In this document: positions 11,230 through 25,150 of the stretch, in pieces
Position numbering within the stretch: position 1 is the stretch's first letter
Layout: each line of letters opens with the position of its first letter
Assembly: GCA_043228905.1 (NCBI GenBank)
Contig: JBHGNT010000018.1
Span: 16,616,001 to 16,680,000 of the forward strand
Source: Azolla caroliniana
Lineage: Eukaryota > Plantae > Polypodiophyta
Length of the DNA: 64,000 nt
Direction: 5' to 3'
The notes under the pieces: generated by a model
Databases searched by the model: none
Told to the model about the DNA's origin: nothing
Seen by the model: only the letters and a program-made list of their open reading frames with translations
Made by a program: the position numbers and the translations under genes

Positions 11230-14200
11230 CTATCTCCCCCTTAAAGACGACGAATGGAATGAGTCGGCGTTGATTGCAGACCGGGTTTGTCCAGATACTT
11301 TTGGTGGAAATCAACAAGAAGATCCTAAGCATTGGCAACATGCTCGACGGGTTCCCAAGTACATTCGCTCGGACTATAACCGAGCCAATCGACCAAATAA
11401 TAAAGTTTGTTGTGAACAAGTTTGGAATCGAGGATGGCAGCAACTTCATACTCCGGGCCGGCCTCCAACTCCAGCGGGGGCGGCGGTGGTGTAACACGAT
11501 CGGGAATGGTGTTTGCTTTATAAGGTTCAAGAAGAGAACAATGGAAAACCGGATGTATATGAAGCTGCGGATGGAGATCAAGGCGGAATGTGACATCATT
11601 AACCTTACCCGTAATATGGAAAGGACCGAGTCGTCGATAATCCAACTTGTCGTACGGTCGAGTAGTCTTGATGTGACGACGTAAGAGCCATACTCGATCT
11701 CTGATGGCAAAAGAGGAGGGAATCCGATGACGATCCGCATAAGTCTTCTGTGTGTGTTGAGCATGACGAAGGTGAGTAGAGAGATCCATCTGGATCTTGC
11801 GTAGCCTCTCCAAATGATCCTCGGCACGAGGGTTGGTAGGTAGCTCCGGGGGGTCGATCACCCCGACCAACGAGGATGAAAACCGGTATAAGCGAAAAAT
11901 GGGGAGACCCGAGTCGAGGAGTGAATAACATTATTATACGCAAACTCTGCAAAGTGGAGAAACTCAGCCCAATCGTTCTATTGATAACTAAGGAAACACC
12001 GGAGATATTGTTCTAGTGTTTGGTTTGCTCGTTCCGCCTGCCCATCGGTCCGGGGATGGTAGCCAGAGGAGAGGTTGCAAGAGACCTGGAGCATCTTGAA
12101 GAGATGTTGCCAAAATTTGGAGACGAATTGAGGACCTCGGTCACTGATGATACTGTCTGGGAGGCCGTGATGCCGAAATACCTCACGCATGACGAGGGCG
12201 GTTGTTTCCTTGCTAGTGATGGCCTTAGTACATGGCACAAAATGTGCCATCTTCGTATATCGATCGACGACAGTTAAGATAGCATCGAACCCCTTCGAGA
12301 CCGGCAGATCAGTGATAAAATGGAATCGGTAAGGGTTCCAACAAGCCATATGGATGGTGTCGTGGCATCTTTGCTCGACAGCAAGCATCACAGGTCCAAA
12401 CGTAGTCATCGACAAAACGACGCATGTGGGGCCACCAAAAAGATCGATGCACTAGATCCAACGTCTTAGTACTACCGAAATGTCCCGCTGTATGGGTGTC
12501 GTGAAAATTCCGGACGATTTGAAGGTGACATGAGCAATCGGGGACATATACACGCTTTTTAAAGAATAACAAACCATCATGATATTCGAATTGTCGGTAG
12601 TCAATACCTGGTTGTTGAGACTGAGAACAGGATGCCCGAGAAGTATCAATCTGCGCCAGGATGTCTTGAGCAAAACTATCCGTCTTCAAGTTTGCACATA
12701 TGTCATTGGTAATCCGTGAATCCATCGGGGTGTGAAAAATCCGCGTTGTGTGCAATCGTGTTGGTCCCAAGATTACTTGCTTTTGATTATCAAATGTTGG
12801 ATCACCAAGACGAGGTGCAAGATATGAACGTCGTGATAGTGCATCTGCTTTTCCTTGCTGCTTCCCCGGTCGATATGTGATTTTGAAGTCGAAACGCATG
12901 AGGAATTGAGCCCACCGAGCTTGCCGTTGATTTAGTACGCGAGCGTTCTGAAATAAGCAAGATTTTTATGATCACTAAAGACAATGACCTGATGTGGAGA
13001 ACCCTCTAAGAAATGCCGCCATTGCACAAATGAATCCACGATGGCTAATAACTCCTTGTCATGTATTTCGTAGTTGATTTCCGCGACATCGAATTTGCGC
13101 GAATGGAAAGCCACAGGATGTAACTCTTCTTTATCTCCTTGTTGAGAAAGGATGCTACCGAGGGCGAAATCTGATGCATCGGCCTCCATGATGAATGGTT
13201 TGCTTGTATCCACATGAGCTAGAATCGGTGCTGATGTAAAGGCTTTCTTAAGATGCCGGAAAGCCATATCTGCTTCATTGGACCAAAGAAATGCTTGTCC
13301 CTTCTTCGTAAGTTGTGTGAGAGGTAAAATAATCTTCGAGTAATCCTGTATAAACTTACGGTAGAAGTTAGGAAAACCTAGAAAACATTGTCTATCTCGT
13401 ACCAATTGTGGAATTTGCCACTCTAGTAGAGTTTGGACTTTAGCTGAATACATGGCGATGCCCTTTGAGGAGATGACGTAGCCTAGAAATTCCACTTGCT
13501 TCCAATCAAAGCTTCTTTTTTTTAGTTTGGCATAAAGACCATTCTCGCGGAGTCGCTTTAGTACTAATAATACATGAGAATCGTGCTCTTCTTGGGTCTT
13601 CGAATAAATCAATAGATCATCCAGATAGATGATCAAACAGATATCCAAGAGGTCTCTGAATATATCATTTGCCATGTGTTGGAAGACTGCGGGTGCATTG
13701 GTTAGGCCGAACGGCATAAAAGTATACTTGAAATGCCCATACCGCATGTGAAAGGTGGTCTTCCATTCATCTCCCGGTCGGATCTGCACGAGGTTATACG
13801 ATCCTCGTAGATCGATTTTGGTAAAAAACTTGGCACCATTAACTCGCTCTAAAAGACTTGATATAAGAGGAAGTGCATACCTATTCTGGATGGTGACCTT
13901 ATTCAATCCGCGGTAATCAACGACGAGACGAAGTGAGCCATCTTTCTTCTTGACAAAGAAGATGGGTGCACCGGCCGGAGATTTCGAATGACGGATGAAA
14001 CCCGCTTGCCAAGTTCTCCTCTATGTAGGCTCGAAGGACTTCTAACTCGGTGGGTGACAAGTTGTAAATTGGTTCCCATGGTGGCTCGGTTCCTGGTTGT
14101 AAATCGATGGGACAGTCATAGGGACGGTGATGAGGAAGGGTACCGGCTTTTACCTTGTCAAATACATCGGTATAAAGATGATATTTTGCCGGAAGTTGTA

Positions 14201-14583
14201 CTGAGGATTCCTTCTTAATAGTGCTGGAAGGATGTACTGATATTGCAAATAGGAACAATGCCTCCTTGTGTCCTTCTTCGCGTAATTGATGGAGTGAAAT
14301 GGTCGAAACTCGGTGAGTAGATTCTTGGGGTTGTCGATATCGGACTTCTCTTGTTCTCCAATCTATGGCTAGATTATGTAATTCAAACCAAGGTAATCCT
14401 AGGACAATGGGATGCTCTGGACTACTAATTTTATTAAATGATACTACACACACAAAACTACCTAGGACAACTTGAATGGGTTCTGATTCTTCTACAATAT
14501 TCCCGGAAGCAATGGGATGACCATCAATGACTACTACAGATGCGGGACAAGGAAGTTTTCTTAAGGATATCTGAGAAGCTTGG
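11230..14583 (-). pseudogene. pol: pol of element A (PR end, RT, RNase H, IN, chromodomain), frameshifted
   Basis: ORFs 13917-14453, 12932-13906, 12309-12899, 11978-12415 and 11325-11870 carry consecutive pol motifs. Confidence 0.9.
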
Positions 14584-15284
14584 TATTACGGGCATGACCA
14601 TTTAATATCCCGTGGTGAGAATTTACCGTAGTATTCTATACATGTGGATAAGTGTGAGGGTTAAACGAGAGTGTAAAGAAGGGGAGGATTACTTTTAATC
14701 CTCAGGATTGAGACAACCCATTAGGTCGTGTGAACTTGCCTGGGGGCCTTGGGTATCGCTATAACTAAGAGGCCTAGCTACCCTCATTTGATCATCTTTT
14801 TGACTACATCGAGACTCTGTTCTTGTGGTGGGTCAACTCTTGTAGCGAGCGCGCCAGCACCAGGTACGACTCGACGCCACGACGGTGGTATGGGACGCCG
14901 ATCGAGGCTCGAGTCCGTCTCGATCCCTTCGCTCGGGGGTGGTCGGGTGGATCGACACCCTTCTTTCTCTTTCTCCTTTCTATCTATCATTAGTTTATCC
15001 TTATCTTAAGCTTACTTTAGTACCTAGATCTCTAATATTTGGTATCAGAGCTATGTACTAATGTTTCTTTGTTTGTCTTTTCTCTTTTGATTGATGGTGA
15101 TCGATCAATGTGTGGTCGGCCTTGATCCAGACAACGATCAACAAAGAACTTTGGTAACTCTTTCCGTAAATTTTTTTTCTATTCTCTCTTCTCCCATCTA
15201 ATCATGTGTTTAGTTTATATTTCATTTTTTTTCATTAAGTCAATGATGTTGTAGTGGTCTTTAATTGATTATCTAAAACGTTTA

Positions 15285-15550
15285 CATATGTGCACGAGGT
15301 CAATACCTCGTTTCACATATAAATAATATGTGATGAGTGTCGTATGCGTACGAGGTTAATACCTCAATTACGTATTACGTTCACGAACATATGTTACATT
15401 TGCGTATGAGTTTAATACCTTGATTTGTTGTAAAGGATATGCGTTTGGTTTCGTATGCGTAAGAGGTCAATACCTCAATTGCGTATTACGATGATCTCTT
15501 ATTTGTGGATGTTTCATGTGCGTAGAGGTATATACCTCGATTACGTATCT
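15285..15550. repeat. Degenerate repeats of about 57-60 bp (TATGCGTACGAGGTTAATACCTC core) in the leader of B
   Basis: About 5 copies with an internal GAGGT..ACCTC hairpin. Confidence 0.65.
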
Positions 15551-16707
15551 CGATCACATCATTTGTGGCTATTTAATATAACGATATGTTTAATATAGGC
15601 ATATGTGGTCACGTATATACGTATTTGATCGTATATATGTGATAAGTAAACATATGTGTATATTCGTTATTACGTGATTATATCGAAAGTTGTCCTTGTC
15701 AGGAAAAGGATGTTGGTGGCCGTCCTCACATTTTTGTGAGAATGGCGTTGTCACCATCCCTTTTTCAACAATTTTTTATTGTTGACAACCCCGTTGATGA
15801 CCTCGATTTTGTTACCTAAAGAAACGCCTATAGCCATAATGATGTTGAGTACGTAGGGCTTGACCCACTTCAAGTGAGGTTGCTCCAATGACACACGTAT
15901 CCAACATCCCTACTCGTTACGTGGATATGATGCCACCATGAGCTCGTTCTTACGAGAGGCATTCGTAATGACGTGACCATGTGATGGGCCACGTGGGCCT
16001 ACTACGAAACGAGGGCTCATTTGGCGTATGCCATCGTAATTACGAGACTTGAGGTTAGGTAACGTACCAACATAGTTTTGGTAAATGAGGGCGAAATAAG
16101 GACCCTTGACATATATGTTCTTTTAAAAAAAACATATATGATCAAATGCCTCGCATATCTCTTATACGCATCAAACATTAAGCATTCGAGAAGAGCAACT
16201 TACTTGGTTGGCTCAAGTGTTTAATGTATTTGTTCTCGAGGTCTCTAGTTCAAATATGACCAAGACCATACAACATCCTTGATACATATGACTATAACAC
16301 ATGTTTAGACTTAAGGTCTAAGTGCACCTCGGGGTCCTCGTAATAGGACTTAAAGAGCCGAAACCACATATGTGGGCAAAGAAACATAGTTTATCGTTAA
16401 CATTTTTTTCGTGTATAAACATACATGGTTGAGCCTCAGGGAGCCGCCATGAAAAAATCGATATAGAGATAAGGGAAAGACATTAAATTGTCACACCCAT
16501 GGTTTTTAAAACACCTTTGTGTTACCATAGTAACCTGATCTTGAACCTCATCTCATACGTGTAGAGGGGTATTGACGTGAAATCATGATATCGATTAATG
16601 TTTGCCCATGATATGTTTACATCACGACATGATGTTATGACTATCTCTCTGACCTTATCCTATTTCTTTTCCAGAAATAATCTTTACTGGCTCAAATTAA
16701 CGACCCG

Positions 16708-19700
16708 ATGTCATACGCTCAAGCGGAAGGAACTCAAGGGAATCCTCGTGGACAAATGTCCACTGAGATGTATTTGGCACAAATAAGCCAATACCATAGT
16801 TTCACCGCTCAACAAATGACCGAACTTCGGCAATGTCAAAGTGCTCTTGAGGCATGTGTCATTAGTCTACAACGTGAGACTAATAGACTTGATGAGTGAC
16901 AAGGTGAACCATCATTTGTCGTTAAGCCATTTACGGGAGACAAAAAGGAAAGAACAGAAGAAGCAATTTGCACATGGCTAGGACGATGGGAGTCTCATTT
17001 TGAGCTCTATCCCATGCCAGATAGTACGAAGATTGCATATGTCGGTCGAGAACTCGGGGGTAAGGCTGTCGCCTAGTGGCGTGGGCTCCGTACTATGGGG
17101 AAATTGCCCGATACCTGGACAAATTTTGTCACGTTTTTTAAGGGCCAATTTCTGCAACCTCCCTCTCGAACCGAGGCAGCACAAGCTTTAATGAACCTTT
17201 CTAGCAGGAAATTTTCCTCGCTAGAAGACTATGTTCACCATGCTAGAACCCAAATCCAAAAATTGGGTCTAGAAGGGGACAATTGGTTGATAGCTTGTTT
17301 TGTCAATGGCATCCCCAATTCGGACTATCACTGGATAGTGCACGATAAGGATCCAAAATCCTTCGAAGAGGCTGTTGAAATAGTTCTTCGCTATCAACGC
17401 ACTTCGAAGAAGGACCACAACAAACCCAACGAAGTGCCCGAGACTAAGCAGTCGCAATTTGTTGGGAAACGAAGACACCCAACGAATTCCTGGATCGCGA
17501 TTGTAAGCGACAACATCCTTTTTGCGTATTCTACAAAAAGAAGGGTCACACAAAAGAGCAATGTTGAAAGCTCCAACGGAAAGAGCACGACAACAAACCT
17601 AAAGCTTCAGACCATAAAGGTCAAATTCCTAATGTTCTTCAGGTCTATACACATCATTTAAGTAATTGTCAATGTTCTTTCCCTCACTATGTATTGGGTC
17701 CCAATGATTTACTATGTGCAAACGGGTATACAATGGATCTCTTGTACAATTTTTATTTGATTCGGGAAGCTCACACAATTTTGTGAATAATCGTTTGGTT
17801 CAGATATGGGGAATCCAACCCACCATAAGTGATCACACCTACGCGGTGCACTTGGCTGATGGAAGAGTACAATACATCGACGGGGCGATTCATTCATTAG
17901 GAATTTCTGTTGATACTTATATAGAGGAAGTAGACTTCCATGTAATGAATCTTTGTACCACCGATGTAATACTGGGTTATCCCTGATTTTATAATAAAAA
18001 CTCTTCTTTATTTATTGATTGGGTTCGCCATTCCATTTCTTTTGTACTGAACGATTGTACGCATTTTATTCAATGTATCAAAAAACAATCCCTCTTGATT
18101 GTTTCCTCGTGTTCATCAAAATCCGAGTTGTCTTGTTCTACGTTATTTTATTGTGTACTTGATCCAGACATTCACGTTTACAATATCGATAATGTCCCGG
18201 TTCAATTAACATATTTTGAACAACAACAACTTGATGAAATCTTAAATGATTTTCATGATGTTTTTCCAAGTGAACTACCTGATGGGTTACCTCCTAAATG
18301 TAATATAGACCATCATATAGATATTGTACCTGGTGTTGCACCAATAAGTATACCTCTGTATCGCTTAAGTCGATCCGAAGAAGATGAGGTATCTGAGCAA
18401 CTTAAGGACTATTTACGAATGGGTTATATACGTTATAGTAAATCTCCATGGGGTGCACCAGTTCTCTTGGTAGAAAAGAAAGAGGGCACATGGCGTATGT
18501 GTATTAATTACCGACTCTTGAATAAAGTGACGATCAAGAATTCCTACCCATTGCCCCGGGCTGACGATCTAATTGACCGTCTCCAAGGAGCTCAGTATTT
18601 TACGAAACTTGATCTCCATACTGGCTACCATCAAATACGAATAAGTGAGGACGATGTTCCTAAAACGGCATTTCATACACGCTATGGCCATTACGAGTTT
18701 TTGGTTATGCCTTTTGGTTTGACCAATGCTCTGGCTACTTTTCAACAAGAAATGAATGACATTTTCCGAGAACAACTTGGAAAATTTGTCGTTATTTTCT
18801 TGGATGATATTTTAGTTTATAGCCGTACATTAAAAGAACATGCTAGACATGTCCGCTTCGTTTTACAAACATTGCGTGACAAACAGTTTTATGCGAAGAT
18901 CTCAAAATGTGAGTTCTTCAAGAAATCAATTACTTATCTAGGACGCCGTTTACTGATCTTTTAAAAGGTCAAAGACGTAAGTCTACAAAACCTATTGTGT
19001 GGAATGCTACACTAGACCTCGCCTTTAAGGAACTGAAGGACCTGGTTTGCAAGGCTCCTTCACTTCTTTTACCTGATCCTTCAAAACCTTTTGAGGTTGA
19101 AACCGATGCAAGCGATTATGCTATAGGTGTTGTCTTGTATCAAGATGGTAAACCAATAGCATTCGAGAGTAAGAAACTTGATTCTGCTCAATGTTGGTAT
19201 ACCGTTCAAGAAAAGGAATTATTTGCAGTTATACATGCGCTCAAAACATGGCGCCATTATCTTTATGGAAATCGCTTTGTGGTAACTACGGACCAGGAGT
19301 CCTTGAAATATTTTTGTGACCAATAAGACCTGAAAGGTCGTAAGGCACGATGGGCTGATCTCATCCAGGACTTTGATTTTTCCATATGATATCGTAAAGG
19401 TTCCATGAACACTATCGCTGATGCACTAAGTCGCATCCGTGAAGTTAACATGCTTAGCTTCACTGAAATAAGATCAAATCTTTATGATCACCTTCGAGGA
19501 AAGTATCTTGATGACAGCTATTTTGCAAAATATTGGGCAAGAGTTGAGTTTGGAACAGACACCACCACATCCTCGAAGGAATACTTCCACATTGCTAACA
19601 GTTTGCTCTACCGTAATGGGAAGGTTTGTGTTCCAGATTTACCTGAGGTCAAAAAGAGGATTCTTTTTGAATGCCATGATGCACCCTCAGCAGGGACCCT

Positions 19701-20962
19701 GGAATACATCGTACAATCGTTCTCATGTCCACTCAATTCTATTGGCCTAAGATGCGTCCTGACATACATAGCTATGTGACTAAATGTCACCAGGGTCAGG
19801 TTAACAAAGCCGAGCGACTTAAAGCCGCAGGACTTTTACATCCCTTGGACATTCCCAATAATAAGTGGGAAAGTATATCTATGGATTTTATTGTTAGCCT
19901 TCCTCGCACCCAAAAAGGTCATGATGCCATCTGGGTTGTCGTTGATCGACTAACTAAAATGGCCAGATTTATTGCTACTAAAACCACGGTAACAGCTCCT
20001 GAATTGACTTACCAATTCGTTGACGAATTATTTTGTTTTTATGGGTTACAGATGGATATCACGAGTGATCGAGATCCAAAGTTTACTAATGACTTCTGGA
20101 CGCAAGTCTTTAAGAAGTTAGAAACTACGTTGAGCATGAGCTCCACGGATCATCCTCAATCCGATGGATAGACAGAACGAGTAAATCAAATTATTGAGGA
20201 CATGCTTCGAGCATACGTTGGTGCAAAACCAACAAAATGGGAACGTTATCTCCCAATTTTGGAGTTTGCTTATAACAACTCCAAGCATACGTCGACGGGA
20301 TATAGTCCTTTTATGTTGATGTATAGTTTTCAGCCACGAGCCCCGATTGATGTTAATATATATCATGATGAGTTGCGAAGTATGCAAAACTTTCTTCAGG
20401 ATATGCAAGATATGTTGCATATTGCACGAGATAATTTAAAAACAACTCAAGATAGATGACGTTTTTATGCCGACCATCATAGGCAACCTCGTGTATTCAA
20501 CCCTGGACACAAGGTATTTTTACGTGTACTCACAATTCTAAGACATTGTCTACGGGTAAGTGCGCTAAGTTAGCCCCACGGTTTTGTGGACCTTTTGCAG
20601 TTCTCAAACGCATTAGGCCATCAACCTATCGTCTCGCTCTTCCCAATGGTGTTGGAATTCATCCAGTCTTCCATGTGAGTCGTCTAAAAGAACTTCTAGG
20701 TTCTGGCGACAACACAGTTACAACTGAAACTCTGGTTACTTCTGAAGATTTATCTTCGAAACCATATGCACCAGAAAGAATTCTCGATGTTAAAACAAAA
20801 AAGTTACGTACTAAAGAAATCCGAGAATTTAAAATTAAATGGATGGACAAATCTATCAAAGATGCCACATGGGAACGCGAGAATACTCTAAGAACAAACT
20901 TCCCTAACTTTCCATTGCAAGAGTGCAATGTTTTCCAGAAGGGGAGTATGTTACGGGCATGA
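16708..20962 (+). pseudogene. gag-pol: gag-pol of element B with multiple stops and frameshifts
   Basis: gag, PR ([10 protein letters not shown]), RT (FLDD), RNase H (ETDASDYAIG), IN (SMDFI, SDRD) and a C-terminal chromodomain-like segment (ILD..IKW..DATWE). Confidence 0.9.
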
Positions 20963-21404
20963 CAATTTAATATCCCGTGGTGAGAATTTACCGTAGTATT
21001 CTATACACATGGATAAGTGTGAGGGTTAAACGAGAGTGTAAAGAAGGGGAGGATTATTTTTAATCCTCGGGATTGAGACAACCCAATATGTTAAGTGTGA
21101 ACTTGCTTGGGGGCCTTGGGTATCGCTATAAATAAGAGGCCTAGCTACCCTCATTTGATCATCTTTTTTACTACATCGAGACTTTGTTCTTGTGCTGGGT
21201 CAACTCTTGTAGCGAGCGCGCCAGCACCAGGTACGACTCGACACCACGACGGTGGTATGGGACGCCGATCGAGGCTCGAGTCCGTCTCGATCCCTTCGCT
21301 CGGGGGTGGTCGGGTGGATCGGCACCCTTCTTTCTCTTTCTCCTTTCTATCTATCATTAGTTTATCCTTATCTTAAGCTTACTTTAGTACCTAGATCTCT
21401 AATA

Positions 21405-23177
21405 CTTGGGCAAAATTTCGATCCATGAAACAGGAATTAGCTCCGGAATCTAAGAGTGCTAGAATGGGTACTGGGGGAGTACTTTTAGTACTAACAATGA
21501 CTTGGGCTAGGAACACATTGCTAACTTGCTTGGAAGGAATGGAACCACTAATGGGCTCTACAGATCTAGGGTTGTTGTCCAACCAAACGGCTCCTATTTT
21601 GGCTGGACTCAATCGTTTAACTCTTCATCTAATTGACTAAGGACAATGGGATGCTCTGGACTACTAATTATATTAAATGCTACTACACACACAAAACTAC
21701 CTAGGACAACTTGAATGGGTTCTAACTCTTCTACAATATTCCCAGAAGCAATGGGACGACCATCAATGACTACTACAAATGCGGGGTAAGGACGTTCTCT
21801 TAAGGGTATATGAGAAGCTTGGGCAAAATTTTGATCCATAAAACAAGAATTAGCTCCGGAATCTAGAAGTGCTAGGACATGTACTGGGGGAATACTTTTA
21901 GTACTAACCATGACTTGGGCTAGGAACACATTGCTAACTTGCTTGGAGGGAATGGAACCACTAATGGGCTGTACAAATCTAGGGTTGTCCAACCAAACGA
22001 CTCCTATTTTGGCTGGACTCAATCGTTTAACTCTTCATCTAATTGACTAAGGATTTCAAATTTGTTTGAGATACTTGGGCTATTAGTACTATGAATATTA
22101 CTTGACACTCTATTAGTACTATTAATACTATCAGACACTTCGAAGGGAAGAATTGACTCGGGTTTAGTACAGGCGACGATTTGATTTACCTGTCTTCTTG
22201 GCCTATGGGGACAATTGATGGCGATATGCCCTAGTCCACCACAAGAAAGACATAATCGATTGGCACGTCGTCATTGCTTTTCTTGTTCTGATAACGGGCT
22301 GCGTCGACGCATGGTGTTGATCTCCATCGGTGTCGGAATATTGGCTTGAGGTACGTCACGTGCAAACGGTTTAGCCGTGACTGAGGCGTATGTGGGTTCC
22401 GGCCGAGAGAGTGGTATTTGTAACTGACGTTCCGAACTCCGTTCAAAAAGACACTTGTCGCATCGGACCACTCGACTGATTGCCTCCGTAAGAGACTTTG
22501 GTTCTTCAGGGAAGGTTAAAAGCAAGTCTTTGACATTGTTGCGCAAGCCATAGCGAAACTACTCCATGAGGGCCTAATCATCCCAGGGGATATCTGAGGC
22601 GAGTAGACGGAAATCTGCCGCGTAGGCAGAGGTTGGATGTTCACCTTGACGCAATCTTCGGATTTTGTTGATCGTCATCCTGATGCTGTCAGTATCTTCA
22701 AAGCAGGCTTTAAACTCACTAATAAAATCTTCAAAGTTATTAAGCAAGGACTATTTTTTTTTCTAGAAGCGGAGCGAACCATGCCAAGGCTGAGCCGCTA
22801 AGTAACGTGCCTATTAGGCCGACTCGAGATGCATCAGTGGGATATCGGGAAGGATGCATCTGGATGACTAAGCGTAGCTGATTAAGGAATCCCCGGAATT
22901 GTGATCACGTTCCATCAAATTTCACAAGAAGTCCAATCTTGGGCTCTTTATGAAATCCTTGAGGACTTGATCCTTGTTGTTGCAACGCTGCTTCGAGTTG
23001 TTGTACCCGTAATGCTAACTCCCCATGTTGTTGTTGCATTTGTTGTTTTTCTAGAGCAATTTGTTGCAGATCCCCTATCAACCGTTGGTTTTCTTGTTCC
23101 AGGGCAACAAACTTTTCTTTTAGACACTGTAGCTCAGAGAAAACGGATTGATATTCTTGGGCGCTAACAATAGCCAT
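21405..23177 (-). pseudogene. gag: gag and protease of element A, with a tandem duplication of about 420 bp covering the gag-pol junction and protease
   Basis: MSPAKIG...LALLDSGANSCF occurs twice (21391-21612 and 21609-22022); gag remnants 22271-23216. Confidence 0.85.
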
Positions 23178-23232
23178 ATTATAGAAAAAGGATAGGAGGA
23201 GGAGGGAAAACGACAAGTAGACTTGAGGAAGA

Positions 23233-23245
23233 CAAATTGGTTCAA
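23233..23245 (-). promoter_or_regulatory. Non-tRNA (self-priming) primer-binding site of element A
   Basis: TTGAACCAATTTG follows the 5' LTR and is the exact complement of LTR 23466-23478, which starts about 32 nt downstream of TATAAAAG (23510-23503). Confidence 0.75.
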
Positions 23246-23247
23246 AC

Positions 23248-23693
23248 TGTCAGGAATAGTACTAAACAGAGAGAGAATTAGTACTCGAGAAGAGAAGTAC
23301 TATTAGTACTAAGAGGACGGGACTACGTAAGATTCCTGAGAGAGGAAGAGAGAAGAGGAGAGAGAGAGAGATAACGAGAATGAGAGAGAGAGAAAGATGA
23401 TGACATCAGCTAATATATTATGTGAAAGATAAGTACAAAAGTGGCTAAGAGGCTTAAGACTGGCGTTGAACCAATTTGGTTCAAAACAATGCCTTGTGCC
23501 TCCTTTTATAGTGTTTTTAGGAATAATCTTGAAGCTTCTAGAATGTTCTAGAGAGATCTGGAACATACATCAATTTTCTATGATAAAACATAAATGAAAA
23601 TAATATCCTACAAATTACAATTCATAGTCTAATGGTAAGAGCTCGACCCATGTAGCATAAGGTCATGGGTTCGAGTCTTGCCATATCATGATA
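23248..23693 (-). repeat. 5' LTR of element A
   Basis: Matches 10781-11229; terminal CA mutated to TA; followed by TSD GATGT. Confidence 0.95.
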
Positions 23694-25150
23694 GATGTTG
23701 GGGTCCGTTGGCTCGATGGAATGGTGGGCGAAGGAGATGACCCGATGCACCACAATATAGGCACAATCCATCAGCCCGTCTTTCGGCATTAGTCAATGGA
23801 CGAAATCGAGGTTGATTAATTTCCATTAGTACTAGAGCATCTGCCAAAGTAGGGGAGTGATACAAGGGTTGTACGACTAGGGCATGTCGTGGAAATGAAT
23901 GAGTCGAACCCCAAGTCTAGAGAAATTAAAAAAGACGATTGGCACAATGGATTGCTTGTGAAATCTCTTGGGATAACGAGGTGGGATCGGGAAAGTTCAA
24001 GAGAATATTCTTGACATTGCTCTGAAGACCTCGCTGAAAGTGACCAACTAAAGCTTGATCATCCCAATTGACGTCACATGCTAGTTCTCGGAATTCCGAA
24101 GCATGGACAAAAGCCGCACGCGAACCTTATTCGAGTGCATAAAGCTTGGTGAGGGTTGTATGTCGCCAGTCCATCTCTCCAAATGTGGCCTCTAACTCGG
24201 CGAGGAAGGCGGGAAAGTCCTCCAATAGAGGTGACGAAGTTTCTACTAAAGGTGCAAACCAAGCTTGGGCTGGATCGGAGAGGAGGGTGCCCACAAGTCC
24301 AACTTGTCGAAGACCATCTGCATAATGTTGAGGTTGTAGCCGAATGATTAGAAGAATTTGGTTGATGAAACCCCGGAAATGTGGCCTTGTTCCATCAATT
24401 TTTTTGGGAGGCTAATCTTAGGCTCAAGAAAATGTGAAAAAGCTACATCAGATGTTGTTAGAAGATTGTGACGGGGACTGCACGCTCTTTATACGCAACG
24501 CTCGGCCACAACCGAGCTTAGAATCATACACAGAAAATGGGAAATGAAACGCACGACACAAAGAGGAGAAGAGTACATAGGATGTTTACATGGAAAACCC
24601 AAACTAGGGAAAAAACCATGGCAGCCCAGAGGCTGCAAACTATCACTATGCTAGAATGTACAACAATGAGTTCACGGAGGCAACGACCTCGTGCTCACGA
24701 TCTTCGCCACAGGCGGCAGTTACAACAGAGGCAACGACCTCTTCCTCTCACTCTTTTTCTCTCTTTACACTATTACGCGCTATATATTCTTGTGCAAAAG
24801 CAAAAACGACAACAACAACTAAAAGTTTCCCCTAAGTCATATTTATACTAATATGACTTTTCGGCTATCTACAAATATAGCCTCTATGGACTCACAGAAA
24901 CATATTCACGAATATGTCTCTTCATCCGGTTCTCACTGGGTCTGCACCATCCGGTTCTCACCGGGTCTGCACCATCCGGCTCTCCATAGTCGGGTACTCC
25001 TCATCCGGTTCTCACCGGGTCTGCACCATCCGGCTCTCCGTAGCCGGGTACTCCTCATCCGGTTTGGGCCTCGGCCTATCGGCCTCGGCCGAGTTTGTTC
25101 ATTAGCACTGTTCTTCTCCCTTCCCATCCGGAGGGACCTGTCTCCCAACA

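Larger units (their letters stand above)
14584..21404 (+). mobile_element. Ty3/Gypsy chromovirus element B, tRNA-iMet primed, nested in A
   Basis: LTRs 14584-15037 and 20949-21404; TSD CTTGG; PBS TGGTATCAGAGC at 15040-15051; PPT AGAAGGGGAG before 20949. Confidence 0.95.
10781..23693 (-). mobile_element. Ty3/Gypsy chromovirus (Tcn1-like), element A, full length but degenerate, interrupted by element B
   Basis: LTRs 10781-11229 and 23248-23693; TSD GATGT (10776-10780 and 23694-23698); PPT AAGGGGGAGATAG next to 11229; gag, PR, RT (YLDD), RNase H, IN and chromodomain (YEVAAILDS..YYLVDWLGY..TWEP) fragments. Confidence 0.95.

Noticed and set aside
14749-15009. Small ORFs duplicated in LTRs and antisense ORFs over gag-pol regions throughout the window
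   Set aside because: They are shadows of LTR duplication or of the coding strand, with no independent protein features.
16209-16258. Possible further A/B-box pair in the leader of element B (TGGCTCAAGTG..AGTTCAAATA)
   Set aside because: Both boxes deviate from consensus, the spacing is shorter, and there is a single occurrence.
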